This document shows, in pieces, positions 20,010 to 31,214 of a stretch of 64,000 bases of DNA. Below the pieces are notes generated by a model. That model did not search any database, was not told the origin of the DNA, and was given only the letters and a program-made list of their open reading frames with translations. The position numbers and the translations under genes were made by a program. Position 1 is the first letter of the stretch. Every line of letters starts with the position of its first letter. The stretch comes from Trueperaceae bacterium. Its GTDB lineage: Bacteria > Deinococcota > Deinococci > Deinococcales > Trueperaceae. Location: contig OZ243927.1 in the NCBI GenBank assembly GCA_965213925.1, forward strand, positions 2,592,001 to 2,656,000, in the 5' to 3' direction.

Positions 20010-21572
20010 ATGTCTTCCGCTGTCGCGATGCAAAAAATCGTCAAACGCTTTCCGCTCGTCCTCGCCAACGACCACGTCACCCTGGAGGTCGCCCGGGGCG
20101 AAGTCCACGCGCTCATCGGCGAAAACGGCGCGGGCAAGTCCACCCTGATGAAGATTCTATACGGCTTGCAGCAGCCCGACGCGGGCAAGATCGTCGTGGA
20201 CGGCAAAGAGGTCGCCATCGAGAGCGCCAAAGACGCGATCGCTTTGGGCATCGGCATGGTGCATCAGCACTTTATGCTGGTCGAGCCGCTTACCGTGGCG
20301 GAAAACTTGGTGCTGGGCTCCGAGCCTACGAGCGGACTCTCGCTCAATTACCGCGCCGCCAGGGAGCGCACGGCGGACCTTATCGAACGTTTCGGCTTCG
20401 ACATCAGCCCGGACACCAAGATCGAAGACTTAGCGGTGGGCTTTCAGCAGCAGGTCGAGATTCTTAAAACGCTCTACCGCGACGCCCACATCCTCATTAT
20501 GGACGAGCCCACCGCCGTACTGACGCCGCAAGAGACGAGAGGGCTCTTTAAGTTCGTGCGCGAGTTCGCCGAGAGCGGCAACGCGGTGATTTTCATCTCG
20601 CACAAGCTCGACGAAGTCATGGAAATCTGCGACCGCATGAGCGTGATGCGCGACGGCAAGATGATAGGCACGGTGGAGCGGGAGAATACAAACCAGCGGC
20701 AGCTCGCCAACATGATGGTCGGGCGCGAGGTCATCATGAGCGTGGAGAAAGCGCCCGCTGAGCCTCAAGAGGTGAAGCTCGAGCTGCAAGGGGTCACCCT
20801 GCGCCACCCCGACAAGCACAAACCGCTCGTCGACGACGTCTCCTTTAAGCTCCGTGCGGGTGAAATTTTAGGCGTTGCGGGCATCGAAGGCAACGGTCAA
20901 TCTGAACTTGTCGAATGCATCGCAGGTCTGCGCGACGTGGACCACGGGCGCATCCTCTTAGCCGACCAAGACGTCTCGACTAGGAGTGCCAAAGAGGTGC
21001 GTCAAGCCGGGCTCTCGCACATCCCCGAAGACCGCCTCGAGCGCGGGTTAGTCGGCGAATTCAGCACCGCGATGAACAGCATTTTGGGCGACTATTACCA
21101 TCAGCCCTACAGCAACCCGCTCGGTCTCATCGACGAGCGCAAAGTCGAGGCGCACGCCGCGAAGCTCGTTCAGGAGTACGACGTGCGCCCCGCCTCGACC
21201 AGCGTCATGGCGGCGAGCTACTCGGGCGGCAACGCGCAAAAGCTCATCGTGGCGCGGGAGCTGGAGCGTCAACCCGAGGTGCTTATCGCCTCGCAGCCCA
21301 CCAGAGGCGTGGACATCGGTGCGATCGAGTTTATCCACAAGCAGATCGTCGGCGCGCGAGATGACGGCTTAGCCGTTCTGCTCGTCTCGGCTGACCTCAA
21401 CGAAGTGATGAGCCTTTCCGACCGAATTTTGGTGCTTTTCGAGGGCAAAGTCATGGGCGAACTCACGTCGGAAGAGGCGAACGCGGAGCGGCTGGGACTC
21501 CTCATGTCGGGGTCTAAGGTGCAAGGTGATGAGGTCGAGGAGAGTTTCGAGGCGGCGTCGGAGCGGGTTTAG
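20010..21572 (+). CDS. ABC transporter ATP-binding protein (sugar/nucleoside type, tandem NBDs)
   Basis: [34 protein letters not shown]. Confidence 0.9.
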   Translation: MSSAVAMQKIVKRFPLVLANDHVTLEVARGEVHALIGENGAGKSTLMKILYGLQQPDAGKIVVDGKEVAIESAKDAIALGIGMVHQHFMLVEPLTVAENLVLGSEPTSGLSLNYRAARERTADLIERFGFDISPDTKIEDLAVGFQQQVEILKTLYRDAHILIMDEPTAVLTPQETRGLFKFVREFAESGNAVIFISHKLDEVMEICDRMSVMRDGKMIGTVERENTNQRQLANMMVGREVIMSVEKAPAEPQEVKLELQGVTLRHPDKHKPLVDDVSFKLRAGEILGVAGIEGNGQSELVECIAGLRDVDHGRILLADQDVSTRSAKEVRQAGLSHIPEDRLERGLVGEFSTAMNSILGDYYHQPYSNPLGLIDERKVEAHAAKLVQEYDVRPASTSVMAASYSGGNAQKLIVARELERQPEVLIASQPTRGVDIGAIEFIHKQIVGARDDGLAVLLVSADLNEVMSLSDRILVLFEGKVMGELTSEEANAERLGLLMSGSKVQGDEVEESFEAASERV

Positions 21573-21681
21573 CGTTCCGCGGCTTGCTCTACGCCGTGGG
21601 TTTGGAGCACCGCGCTGTCCAACTTGGTGAGCACGCCTTTGCTGCTGTACGCACCGACATCAATGCCTAAGAGAAGCGCCA

Positions 21682-23316
21682 TCAGCCGAGCGCCTGGAGA
21701 TGAACTGCGCCGCAAAGGTGAACGTTCACGCCGAGCGCATTAAAGGCTGCCGCTTTCGCCGCCAATGCGCGGTTCGCGTCCCCTTCCGAGGGGGCGTAAG
21801 CGACTTGGATGTGGTTCGCCTTGTGACGGGCCATCATCTGGTCGCGCGAGACGCCGTGCAGCAGCGCGTGCATGATGGGCCACTGCGGCGTCGTCGCTTC
21901 ACGGCGGCGCGTCGTCTCCTCGTCCGGCAACATCACCGCGCTGCCGCGTCCTAAGTCAACGTGTAACGTCCCTTTAGCGAGATAGACGCGGCTCCAGACG
22001 ATCTCGCCCGGCTTGCTCACGCCTGAGAGCGTGCCGCCGCCTAGCGGAAAATACATCGGCGGTTGGCGGTAGCTCGTCGCGTCCGCGTAGCCCCGCGCTA
22101 AGTGCGACGCCGGGAGCGCCCCTGAAATTTGCAGCGTCCATATGAAGGCGTCGAGGTCTTCACCCGTATAGTGCTCGCCCCACCGGAGGTCGTGCAGCGT
22201 CGTCGCCGGGTCGAAGCCGAGGGCACGCCAGACGCGGTTCGTGACGAGCGCGTCCACCGCCGCCCCTTCGTCCACCTCGTTGAAATGCGGCAACGCCGCG
22301 CCCGGATAGAGTTCCTCGCCGCTCTTCGCGTGACGTACAGGTGGACGCTCCACGTTGTTGAGCAGTCCTTCGGTGAGGTCGGACGCGGGCGCGGCGTCTT
22401 TAAGCCCTTGCTGGTACTGGATGCCGATGGCGTCGCAGCCAAACTCATGCGCGGTGCGCGTGGCGGCGATGTACATTTTGAGTTGCTCTAGGACCTGCGC
22501 CTCGGTCAGCTCAGCCTCCGGGTCGTCACCTTTGTCATCGCCGTAGTCGAAGGACATACCCCGCTCGGTGAGCCATCCCAGCGCGCTCTTCGCTTCACCC
22601 TCCTCAACCTCTCGCATCGCCGCGACGAGGGCACTCTGCGAGAGTCGCTCCTTGTAGATACCCAAAGGGTTCAGGTATTCGTCGTCGATGATCGCGTTGT
22701 ACATCCCCATACAGCCCTCGTCGAACACGCCGAGAATCGCCATGTTGTGCCTGAGGTCGTCCGCGAGGTCTTGACCTATCTGCTGCGCTTCGGAGGAGAG
22801 GCTCGAGGGATTCAAAGCGCAAACGTGACTGGTATCGTGCTCCACGCTACCCTCACGGAGCCACGCCCGCAGCCCGTCCAAGAAGAAGTCGTCCGTGAAG
22901 TCTTTGCTCCAGAGGGTGCTGTAGGCAACGCCCGCTTTGGTGAGGCTGCCGTTGAGGTTCAGAAGCCCCACCAGACCCGGCCACTGACCGCTCCAGTTGG
23001 CGACGGTGAGGATCGGACCCCGGTGTCGCCGCAAACCTGCCAGTACGTGGTGGCTGTACTGCCAGACCGCCTCCGCCACGACGACGGGCACGTCTAGCGG
23101 GACGGTGTTGAATACATTCATCCCCATCCGCTGAGAGTCGATAAAGCCGTGCCCCTCAGCTTCGCTGAAGGGGTGTGCCCGTTTAAGTGTTGCGTCTTCG
23201 CGCCCAAACGCTTCCGTGAGACGCCGCTCCATATCGGCTTGCGCGGCCCAGCAGGTTTGATTGGCAGACAGGCGAAGATCGCCGCTGGCAACGAGATAGA
23301 CTTCTTTTGACATCAT
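21682..23316 (-). CDS. L-fucose/arabinose isomerase-like protein
   Basis: [38 protein letters not shown]; sits beside a sugar-acid dehydratase relic. Confidence 0.65.
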   Translation of the reverse strand: MMSKEVYLVASGDLRLSANQTCWAAQADMERRLTEAFGREDATLKRAHPFSEAEGHGFIDSQRMGMNVFNTVPLDVPVVVAEAVWQYSHHVLAGLRRHRGPILTVANWSGQWPGLVGLLNLNGSLTKAGVAYSTLWSKDFTDDFFLDGLRAWLREGSVEHDTSHVCALNPSSLSSEAQQIGQDLADDLRHNMAILGVFDEGCMGMYNAIIDDEYLNPLGIYKERLSQSALVAAMREVEEGEAKSALGWLTERGMSFDYGDDKGDDPEAELTEAQVLEQLKMYIAATRTAHEFGCDAIGIQYQQGLKDAAPASDLTEGLLNNVERPPVRHAKSGEELYPGAALPHFNEVDEGAAVDALVTNRVWRALGFDPATTLHDLRWGEHYTGEDLDAFIWTLQISGALPASHLARGYADATSYRQPPMYFPLGGGTLSGVSKPGEIVWSRVYLAKGTLHVDLGRGSAVMLPDEETTRRREATTPQWPIMHALLHGVSRDQMMARHKANHIQVAYAPSEGDANRALAAKAAAFNALGVNVHLCGAVHLQALG

Positions 23317-23338
23317 GCCTCCTTGGTCGTTTGAGCGT

Positions 23339-23866
23339 TTACTTCAGCAGTGAGGGCGCGCGCCAGCCGCTACAGGTGCCGCCACTGACGGCTGGCAGCG
23401 CCGCCCACAGCCGCGTGTCGGTAGGTAAAGTCTCGTCTCAGGCGAAAGCTCGGCTTTGACGCTCTTGCAAGCGTCGCGCTCCTTCATCCGTAGAGAAGTG
23501 CGTGTCGCTCATCTCTCCGACGAGGTCAAGCGTGCCGGAACTGCGGCTTGAGTCGGTAGCGGTGCAAAAGGTGTCCTTCTCGAGCACCTTACCAAGCGGA
23601 CCTCCCGCTGACCCTTCCGGTCCAACGTGAGCGGTACACGCGCCCGTCGAGACGCCGGAGAAGCGGGCGTCGGTCACGAGCGCCACCCTATAAAGGCAGG
23701 TGCTTGAGCGCAGAGGCGATCTGTAGGTTTCCTCCATCCCGGTTCCGGCAGGTCCGACGCTGACGAGGACCATCACGCCGTCCACTTCTACAGCACCCTC
23801 TTTAATAGCGCGAAGCGCGGCGCGTTCGCGGGTGAAGGCTCGAGCCGGCCCCTCGTGGTGGTACGT
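23339..23866 (-). pseudogene. C-terminal relic of an IlvD-family (YjhG/YagF xylonate) dehydratase
   Basis: GPAGTGMEETY, VTDARFSGVSTGAC..HVGPE...GGPLGKV, DTRLWAAL; frameshifted, 5' part absent. Confidence 0.75.
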
Positions 23867-23892
23867 CAGTTACTTTGTCCACCACATAAGTA

Positions 23893-23920
23893 AGAGGTGC
23901 CGACACACTTCGGCACCTCT
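23893..23920 (-). terminator. Hairpin downstream of trxA
   Basis: Perfect 11-bp inverted repeat AGAGGTGCCGA / TCGGCACCTCT. Confidence 0.55.
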
Positions 23921-24016
23921 ATAAGCTTTGTTTTGCTCTAGCTAGAGCTTTCGCCACCTAAACTGCTCGCTTGGAGTTTTAGGCTGACCCATGTCTCTTT
24001 TAAGTGGGGTTAGGGT

Positions 24017-24352
24017 TTAGTTGACACCTGCCCCTACATACTGACTAATCCGCGACTCGTACGCGCCTTTAGGCTGCGCCCCGATCATCGTCTCGACGGG
24101 CTCGCCATCTTTGAACAAGATGACGGTGGGAATGCTCATCACGCGGTAGCTCATCGCGGTCTGCTGGTGGTCGTCCACGTTGAGCTTGCCCACTTTAACC
24201 TTGCCTTCGTAGTCGCCAGCGAGTTCTTCAATGACAGGTCCGACCATGCGGCAAGGACCGCACCAAGGAGCCCAGAAGTCCACGAGGACTAAGCCCTCTT
24301 GGGTTTCGTCTTTGAAGTTGCTGTCGGTAAATTCGATGGTGTTTTCTGCCAT
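24017..24352 (-). CDS. trxA: Thioredoxin
   Basis: VDFWAPWCGPC, VMSIPT. Confidence 0.95.
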   Translation of the reverse strand: MAENTIEFTDSNFKDETQEGLVLVDFWAPWCGPCRMVGPVIEELAGDYEGKVKVGKLNVDDHQQTAMSYRVMSIPTVILFKDGEPVETMIGAQPKGAYESRISQYVGAGVN

Positions 24353-24451
24353 GTTTCCTCCTAACTCAATGTAGATGAGGTGGCTGAGAAAGTATGTCTT
24401 TTAGACAGCAATGAGTGGTGAGTTGAAAGCAGCGAGTCGAAAGATTTCCGC

Positions 24452-25645
24452 TCACCGCTCACCGCCCGTCCAGCTTGACCGGATTGCTTTTAACTCGTTG
24501 CTGTTCTCCCAGATATACAGCTTCGACGCGTCGTCCCCTCTCGTAAACCGGGGCGGCGCGAGCGACAGGGCGCGGTAGCCTCCCTTGACAGCGGAGCGCA
24601 CGAGCGCGAGATCGCTTGCTCTATCGCCGTGTAGCGCCCGCGCCGCCGCGACCTCTCGCTCGACGGATAAGTCGGGCGAAGACCCTTTAGAGTCCGTGCC
24701 GAACGCCACCTCGACGCCATACTTCATATAGAGTTCCCAGGGAAAGCGTCCGCATTCTAAAGCGGTATTTGAGCGCGGACAGTGCACGACCACGCAGCCC
24801 GCGCGCTGCACCTCGCGCACGTCTTCCTCAGACACGTGAACCACGTGAATGAGCGTCGGTTGCGCGTCCAAAACGCCTAGCGCTCTAAGGTATTGCACGG
24901 GCGTCAAACCGGAGGGCTGCCAGTTGGGAAGCCACCGGCGCATCATCTCGCTGAGCGGACCTATTCCGTCCTTATGCAGCGCTATCTCGCCCTCGCTTTC
25001 GGCGACGTGAATCTGCATAGGTAGGTTAGAGCGCCGCGCCAAGGCTGCGAGCTTCTGTAAGAGGGGCGCACTGACCGTGTGGGGCGTGTGGGGTGAGAGA
25101 CCGAGCTTGACGCCACCAGGATGTTCCCAAGCGCGGAACTTGCGGAGCTTTTCGACTGTTTCAGTGAAGATTTTGTCTGCGTCTTCAGGCTTAGGACCGA
25201 AAACTTCCCAGTAGGCGACCCCTTGTAAGTCGGGAGAGGTGAGCAGAAGCTCCATGACCGCTTCGCTCGTGACAATGTCACCCATCGTTGTTACGCCTCT
25301 CGAGCGCATCTCCCCCAGCCCTGCTCTTGCTGCCTCTAAACCTTTTGCGCGGCGTTTCGGCATATAGGCGATAACTTTAGTTATGAAAGCCTCATAACTG
25401 CCCGGTGTAAAAGGCATGTAGGAGAGGTCTAGGTGGGTGTGGGCGTTGACTAAAGGGGGCGAGATGGCGAAGCCTTTGTCCTCGACTTCTACATCCGGAA
25501 AGTTCTGCTTGGCGACCTCCAGGTCGTCCACCGCGACGATCTGCGCCTCGTCACCTTCGCCCTGGACGACCACCGCGCCGCTCGCTCTCGGTGTTCCCAT
25601 ACCGTTATAGACAACGTCCGCTGCTAAGATTTGGCGCTGTAACAT
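24452..25645 (-). CDS. Amidohydrolase family deaminase
   Basis: NAHTHLDL, SPHTPHTV, HVAESEGE, HCPRSN, GTDS. Confidence 0.8.
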   Translation of the reverse strand: MLQRQILAADVVYNGMGTPRASGAVVVQGEGDEAQIVAVDDLEVAKQNFPDVEVEDKGFAISPPLVNAHTHLDLSYMPFTPGSYEAFITKVIAYMPKRRAKGLEAARAGLGEMRSRGVTTMGDIVTSEAVMELLLTSPDLQGVAYWEVFGPKPEDADKIFTETVEKLRKFRAWEHPGGVKLGLSPHTPHTVSAPLLQKLAALARRSNLPMQIHVAESEGEIALHKDGIGPLSEMMRRWLPNWQPSGLTPVQYLRALGVLDAQPTLIHVVHVSEEDVREVQRAGCVVVHCPRSNTALECGRFPWELYMKYGVEVAFGTDSKGSSPDLSVEREVAAARALHGDRASDLALVRSAVKGGYRALSLAPPRFTRGDDASKLYIWENSNELKAIRSSWTGGER

Positions 25646-25706
25646 GCTCTATCATACGGGCACAGTGCTGAGAGGATTGAAAGCAGAGCGTTTTTAGCAG
25701 TTGGAG

Positions 25707-26830
25707 GAGACACCCCTAAAAGTCGGTTGAGTACTTGAGAGGTGTAAGGAGCACTTTAAGCCAGGGTCTGCTAGGACGACTTGTGAAACGCTGCCAAGAG
25801 GACTTGCCGCGAATGAGGTGATGATGCCATCTATAGCGAGCTTCTTTGGACCAATCGAGGGCGCGGTGAAAAGCTTTAACGACGCGCTTTTTACTTCTTG
25901 ACCAGAGCGCGCTATAGAGAGTTTCTGAAGCGTTGTTGGTCAAGGGCATCGCCTTGTGCTGCCAACAGCGTTCAAGCTGTGTCCAGGCGTTGAGTAAAGG
26001 CTCGAGCTGGGTTGCGCCGTAGCGAGCGGTGAGGACGCCTAGAAACCACCTAGCATCGTTGAGGTTGGTGCAGGCGTAGAGAAAGCGCAAGTCCGCAGCA
26101 ACACGTTCGCGTTCCTCGCGAGGGAACTGCTTGACGACCTCTCTGATGACATGGAACCAACATCTTCCATGCGGCTCGTCAGAGAAGTATTCACACGCCG
26201 CTGCAATGCTCTTACACCCATCACTGATCATCAGCTTAGGGTTGTGCTCAGCGATCAACTCACGAATGACTTCTTCATCACGGCTTTCGCACAAGGCGTA
26301 ACCCACAATGGCTTGTGACTTGAGCTCAGTAAGCGTGTACGTCCACCACTCGCCTAGTCTGAACTCGTCCACGCTCGCCGCGTTGAGCGTCGTAGGTTTG
26401 ACTTGTCGCTCTTCCAACCGTTCCGCCCTCAAAGCGCGTGTGCCTTGCCAAGAGGCACGGGTCTCGGGGCGAAGTGGATAGCCCAAGTGCTCGGCTATCT
26501 CAGCCGCGCAGCTTTCGTCCACTTGATGCGCGTCCAATACGGCAAAGATGCCTTCTACCTTTTGGCTATACCACTTGTGACGTGTTACGCCCGCTGGATA
26601 GACGCAGCCTAAGCTACCTTTGCACTTTCTGCAGCGCACGCGCAATACCTTCTCTTCGCGTACACCGTTGACATCGCGGTGTTTCCTGACTCGGTAGCCA
26701 CCACCCTCGGGCTTCCTTATCTTGCACTTAGGGCAACGTCTATCCAGTAAACTCGCTCGGGGGTAAGTTTGGGCTTCCACAACCCATTCTTACCCCTCCT
26801 TGCTACTCAACCGACTTTTCGTGCAACCTC
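25707..26830 (-). mobile_element. IS256-like (Mutator-type DDE) insertion sequence, 1124 bp
   Basis: Ends GAG-N8-AAAAGTCGGTTGAGTA inverted at both termini; 8-bp duplication AGTTGGAG at 25699-25706 and 26831-26838. Confidence 0.85.
25716..26780 (-). CDS. DDE transposase with N-terminal Zn ribbon and CxxH motif
   Basis: CPKC...CRKC, VDE, ISDG, RCWFH, TNNASE; lies between the TIRs. Confidence 0.85.
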   Translation of the reverse strand: MEAQTYPRASLLDRRCPKCKIRKPEGGGYRVRKHRDVNGVREEKVLRVRCRKCKGSLGCVYPAGVTRHKWYSQKVEGIFAVLDAHQVDESCAAEIAEHLGYPLRPETRASWQGTRALRAERLEERQVKPTTLNAASVDEFRLGEWWTYTLTELKSQAIVGYALCESRDEEVIRELIAEHNPKLMISDGCKSIAAACEYFSDEPHGRCWFHVIREVVKQFPREERERVAADLRFLYACTNLNDARWFLGVLTARYGATQLEPLLNAWTQLERCWQHKAMPLTNNASETLYSALWSRSKKRVVKAFHRALDWSKEARYRWHHHLIRGKSSWQRFTSRPSRPWLKVLLTPLKYSTDF

Positions 26831-26887
26831 AGTTGGAGAACACGCTTGACTTCATCTCACCTAGCGCTGTACGCTGAATGTCCCTTC

Positions 26888-26959
26888 GGGCGGTTAGCTC
26901 AGTGGGAGAGCACTCGCTTCACACGCGAGGGGTCACTGGTTCAAATCCAGTACCGCCCA
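26888..26959 (+). tRNA. tRNA-Val (anticodon CAC), CCA not encoded
   Basis: Cloverleaf: acceptor GGGCGGT/ACCGCCC, D arm GCTC/GAGC, anticodon arm CTCGC-TTCACAC-GCGAG, T arm ACTGG-TTCAAAT-CCAGT; TTGACT...TACGCT promoter-like motif upstream. Confidence 0.96.
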
Positions 26960-27031
26960 TACTTATAAAGAATGTGTAGCACGCAATAAACCGGAATGTC
27001 TAAACAGCGTTCTGGTTCTCTTTTTGCTTGG

Positions 27032-27053
27032 CGGCACCTTTTCGGCACCTTTT
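27032..27053. repeat. Putative integrase arm-type sites (CGGCACCTTTT x2)
   Basis: The 19-mer CGGCACCTTTTCGGCACCT recurs exactly at 39936-39954, inside the other island end. Confidence 0.7.
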
Positions 27054-27082
27054 GAGCGTGCTTCAAGCAGGGGTACGCCGCC

Positions 27083-28275
27083 GTGCTGAGCGATCTCAAC
27101 CCAGCACAACGGCTTATATACACCGAAACCGCAAAGCGTCATGGTCAAGTCTTCGCCAATAAGCTGTTAGCGTCTTGGAGCGCTGAGAAGCGCCCTACCC
27201 CTTCACCTATAGAATTGCGCCTTGTAATGTCTCAAACGCCCTAGAAGCGCACTCGAGCCACCTAGCCGCAACAGAATTACTAGCGCCCTACCGAGAAGCG
27301 CTAGGCGCTGCATACAAAACCCTTCGCGCCCTTGCCCGCTAGACTATTGAACAGGCAACAGACGACGACCCAGCACCGCACCTCATGACGACCTACTGGA
27401 CGCTCGAAGAGATCACCGGACTCAGTGAGCGCACCCTACGCCGTCACCTCATCGAAGATGGACACTCCTGGTCAAAGATGGTTCGCCACCTTATCGACGT
27501 TCGTCACAACTACGGCACCATGCCTCAAGGGGAAGAAGACAAGAGCGTCATCACGAACATGGTGATCCGCTTTTTCCCTAGAGGACGCCTGAGCCTACAA
27601 GCCAAGGTCAAACGGTGGGGAGAACGCAACCTCATCGAAGAGGCGGATAACGGACGCACACGCGCTACCAGGCTACGGGCATATGAGAAGGAGCAGCGCT
27701 ACGAACGGCGCGAACCGCTAATGTCCGCATCAAGCTCTGTGGGAGAGCAGATCGAAAAACACAACTGGTTCATGGCTAAGCTAGGACAGACGGTACCCAC
27801 TAGAGCGAAAAAGGAAGATTTCGGTAGACTATATGCGGACATTCCCACGAAGCACTTGCTGGACGCACTTCGCGCTGATTTACAGCTCACCGAAGAGAAC
27901 GACCGGTACCGTGGCGCGAACGTCAAGCGTGCCCGTTCCCTGTGGGTGGAGAACGCAGGGCAACTTCTAGCCAAACGCCATAGTGAAGATTGCCCACACC
28001 CTGTGTACGCACACTCGAAGCACGTCACTTACGCCGACGGCTTCACGAAGCTGTGGCAAAAGGCGATATGGACGGCACTCAAAGCACAACTGTACGGCGG
28101 TACAGAGGTGGGCTGGAGGCTGTTAGGGCGCATGATTTTACTCGCTGAAGAGGTCAAAGGGGAGGGGGTGAAGAAGCCTGTAGCCTACGCTTGGAGCATG
28201 GTCAAGCGGGAGGGGTTTGCGGAGCTGATGCGGGACTATGGCGCGGGCGCGGTAGGCGATCCTGTGCGGGCGTAG
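27083..28275 (+). pseudogene. Degraded plasmid-type replication initiator-like HTH protein
   Basis: HTH-like YWTLEEITGLSERTLRRHL and C-terminal KKPVAYAWSMVK. The frame extends upstream past an in-frame TAG (27340-27342) and a probable frameshift near 27240. Rep function is inferred. Confidence 0.45.
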
Positions 28276-28283
28276 CTCGCTGC

Positions 28284-28898
28284 TTACTGCGCTAGGTGCT
28301 CTTTAATTACCTTCTGCACGGTTGAGAATGGTCTGTTGAGGTGACGACTCGTTGAACGGACGCCGCCGAGCTGCTTCCACGTCTCAATGATTTGCCGCTT
28401 CTCCCTATTGGGGAGGGGCGGACGGCTTACCCGTTTTCCTTGCGCCTTAGCCCTTGCCATGCCCGCTTTCACGTTCTCGCTGATGGTGTCGCTCTCTAGC
28501 TGAGCGAAGCCCGCAATCACAGTGAAGAAGAATTTGCCGTGGCTGGTTGTGGTGTCGATCTGCTCTTGATAGGAAACGAAGTCAATACCCAACGCTTCGA
28601 AGTCCTTGAGGGCGTTCAAGAGGTCTTGCGTGCTTCGCGCGAAGCGGTTATAGCGGAAAACTAGCAGCACATCAAATTTGCGCTTGTGCGCGTCACCTAG
28701 CAAGCGGTTGAAGCTTTGGCGCTTGGTCTTCTTCTCGTGCCTACCGCTCTCTTCATCCACATAGATATCGTAGATGTTCCACTCGCGCAAGTCGGCGTAC
28801 TTCCGCAAGGGCATGAGCTGGGTTTCTGGGTCTTGGTCCTTGTCTGTGGTCGAGACACGGGCGTAGATAGCGACTCTCTTTCGGCGCGGCGGGCTCAT
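28284..28898 (-). CDS. Serine recombinase (resolvase/invertase family)
   Basis: YARVST, DVLLV...RFARS, ISENVKAGMARAKAQG, C-terminal HTH. Confidence 0.92.
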   Translation of the reverse strand: MSPPRRKRVAIYARVSTTDKDQDPETQLMPLRKYADLREWNIYDIYVDEESGRHEKKTKRQSFNRLLGDAHKRKFDVLLVFRYNRFARSTQDLLNALKDFEALGIDFVSYQEQIDTTTSHGKFFFTVIAGFAQLESDTISENVKAGMARAKAQGKRVSRPPLPNREKRQIIETWKQLGGVRSTSRHLNRPFSTVQKVIKEHLAQ

Positions 28899-28899
28899 A

Positions 28900-28931
28900 G
28901 GTGACTATAAAGGATTTCCTTTATAGTCACC
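28900..28931. promoter_or_regulatory. Perfect 15-bp palindrome at the resolvase start (res-site-like)
   Basis: GGTGACTATAAAGGA-TT-TCCTTTATAGTCACC between the divergent resolvase and hsdM. Confidence 0.6.
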
Positions 28932-29033
28932 AAAATCTTCTACTCTGAAAGCCGATAAAGAGGGGGTTTCTCAAGGAGTACTCTATCACCCCTTTGTGGT
29001 CACCTGATCTACAAGTGTTGATAAGATAGCGTT

Positions 29034-31115
29034 ATGACTCGCAGCGCTAAAGTAAAAGAACTATCCGGCTTTATTTGGAACATCGCTGATCTGCTGCGCG
29101 GCGACTACAAACAATCTGATTATGGCAAGGTGATCTTGCCCTTTACCGTTTTGCGCCGCCTCGACTGCGTACTGGAACCTACTAAAGAAAAGGTGCTCAC
29201 CTTCTACGAAACCAAAGCCAAAGCGCTCAACGTCAACAACTTAGAGCCCATCTTGAACAGCCAAGCGCGGCTACCTTTTCACAACATCAGCAAGTTCAAC
29301 TTCCAGAAGCTCGAGCAAGACCCTAGTAACCTCGCCGCCAACCTCAAAAACTACATCAACGGCTTTTCGGCGAACGGTCGCGAGATTATCGAGTACTTTC
29401 GCTTCAACGAGCACATAGACCGCTTAGATGACGCTAATATCTTGCTCCTCATTCTTCAAAAGTTCGCAGAAACTGATCTCCACCCCGAAACTGTAAGCAG
29501 CCTCGAGATGGGCTACGTCTTCGAAGAACTTATCCGCAAGTTCTCCGAACTCTCCAACGAGACCGCAGGCGAACACTTTACGCCCCGCGAGGTCATCCGG
29601 CTCATGGTCAACGTGCTGCTTCATAACGACACCGCCTCGTTGCGCAAAGAAGGCATCGTCAAAACCATCTACGACCCTGCGTGCGGCACAGGCGGAATGC
29701 TCTCCATCGCCGAGGAGTACATCCGCGAACTGAATGAGGACGCCAAACCCGTCGTCTTCGGTCAGGAGATCAACCCCGAAAGCTACGCCATCTGCAAGAG
29801 CGACATGCTTATTAAAGGGCAGAATGTCTCTAACATCAAATTCGGCAACACCTTCACCAGCGATGGTCTAAGGGATGAGCGGTTCGACTATATGCTCTCC
29901 AATCCGCCGTTCGGCGTGGAGTGGCGCAAGGTGCAAAAGCATATCGCCGATGAGCACACCAACCGAGGCAACAAAGGGCGCTTCGGCGCAGGGCTGCCGA
30001 GAATCAGCGACGGCTCGTTTTTGTTCTTGCAACACATGCTCGCCAAGATGAAGCCCAAGGATGAGGGCGGCAGCCGCGTCGCTATCGTCTTCAACGGCTC
30101 CCCGCTCTTCTCGGGTGGCGCAGGCAGCGGCGAGAGCAACATCCGCACCTGGATCATCGAGAACGACTGGCTAGAAGCCATCATCGCGCTGCCCGACCAG
30201 CTCTTCTACAACACCGGCATCTACACCTACGTCTGAATTTTGACCAATGCGAAAGCGCCCGAGCGCAAGGGCAAAGTGCAACTTATCAATGCCATCCACT
30301 ACTACCAGAAGATGAGCCGCAGCCTCGGCAACAAGCGTCACGAGATCGCTGACGGCGAAGACGGCACGCCCGACCAGATTGCCGCCATCACCGAACTCCA
30401 CGGTAACAACGAAGACGGCGAAGTGCGCACCTTCAACTTAGAGGGTGAAGAGGAAACCCTGACCGTGAGCAAGGTCTTCGACAACAAAAATTTCGGCTAC
30501 TGGCGCATCACTGTAGAGCGCCCGTTACGTCTGAACTTCCAAGTGAGCGAGGCGCGTATTAAACGTTTAGATGAGGAAACGACCTTCGCCAACCTCGCCA
30601 AGTCTAAAAAGAAGGGTCAAGCCGCTCGAGACGAGATAGCCGAAGGTCAAAAGCTGCAAGATGACATCAAAACCATGTTGCGCAGTATGGACGCTGAAAA
30701 AGTCTACAAAAACCGCGATACCTTTGAAGCTGAACTCAAAATGGCAAGCCACACCCACGGTGTTACACTGAGCGCTCCCCTCAAAAAAGCCATCCTGAGC
30801 GCCCTGTCCGAGCGCGATGAAACGGCGGACATCTGTACCGATTCCAAAGGCAACCCCGAGCCCGATACCCAACTACGCGACTTTGAAAACGTCCCCCTCA
30901 AAGACGACATCGCCGCCTACTTCGAGCGCGAAGTCTTGCCGCACGTACCGGACGCCTGGATAGATGAGAGCAAGACCGTGAAGGGCTATGAGATCAGCTT
31001 CACCAAGTACTTCTACCAGTACAAGCCCCTGCGCCCTTTGGATAAGATACGCGCCGAGATCATGACCTTAGAAGAGGAGACCGAAGGGATGCTGCAAGAG
31101 GTGCTAGGTGCATGA
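29034..31115 (+). pseudogene. hsdM: Type I RM methyltransferase subunit with internal TGA
   Basis: GEHFTPREV, YDPACGTGGML, NPPF; TGA at 30234-30236 replaces the Trp of TGIYTYV[W]IL; the downstream ORF continues in the same frame. Confidence 0.9.
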
Positions 31116-31214
31116 AGCAGTGTCCCCATGCTATTCTGATTTACCAGTACCCGCCAAGGCTATGTCCATTTGGATACCCTCAAATTGGCGGGTCGCTCTT
31201 TGGTTTGAACAGCT

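Noticed and set aside
23908..23920. TTCGGCACCT match to the island A arm repeat
   Set aside because: Single copy 3 kb outside the island and explained as one arm of the trxA hairpin.
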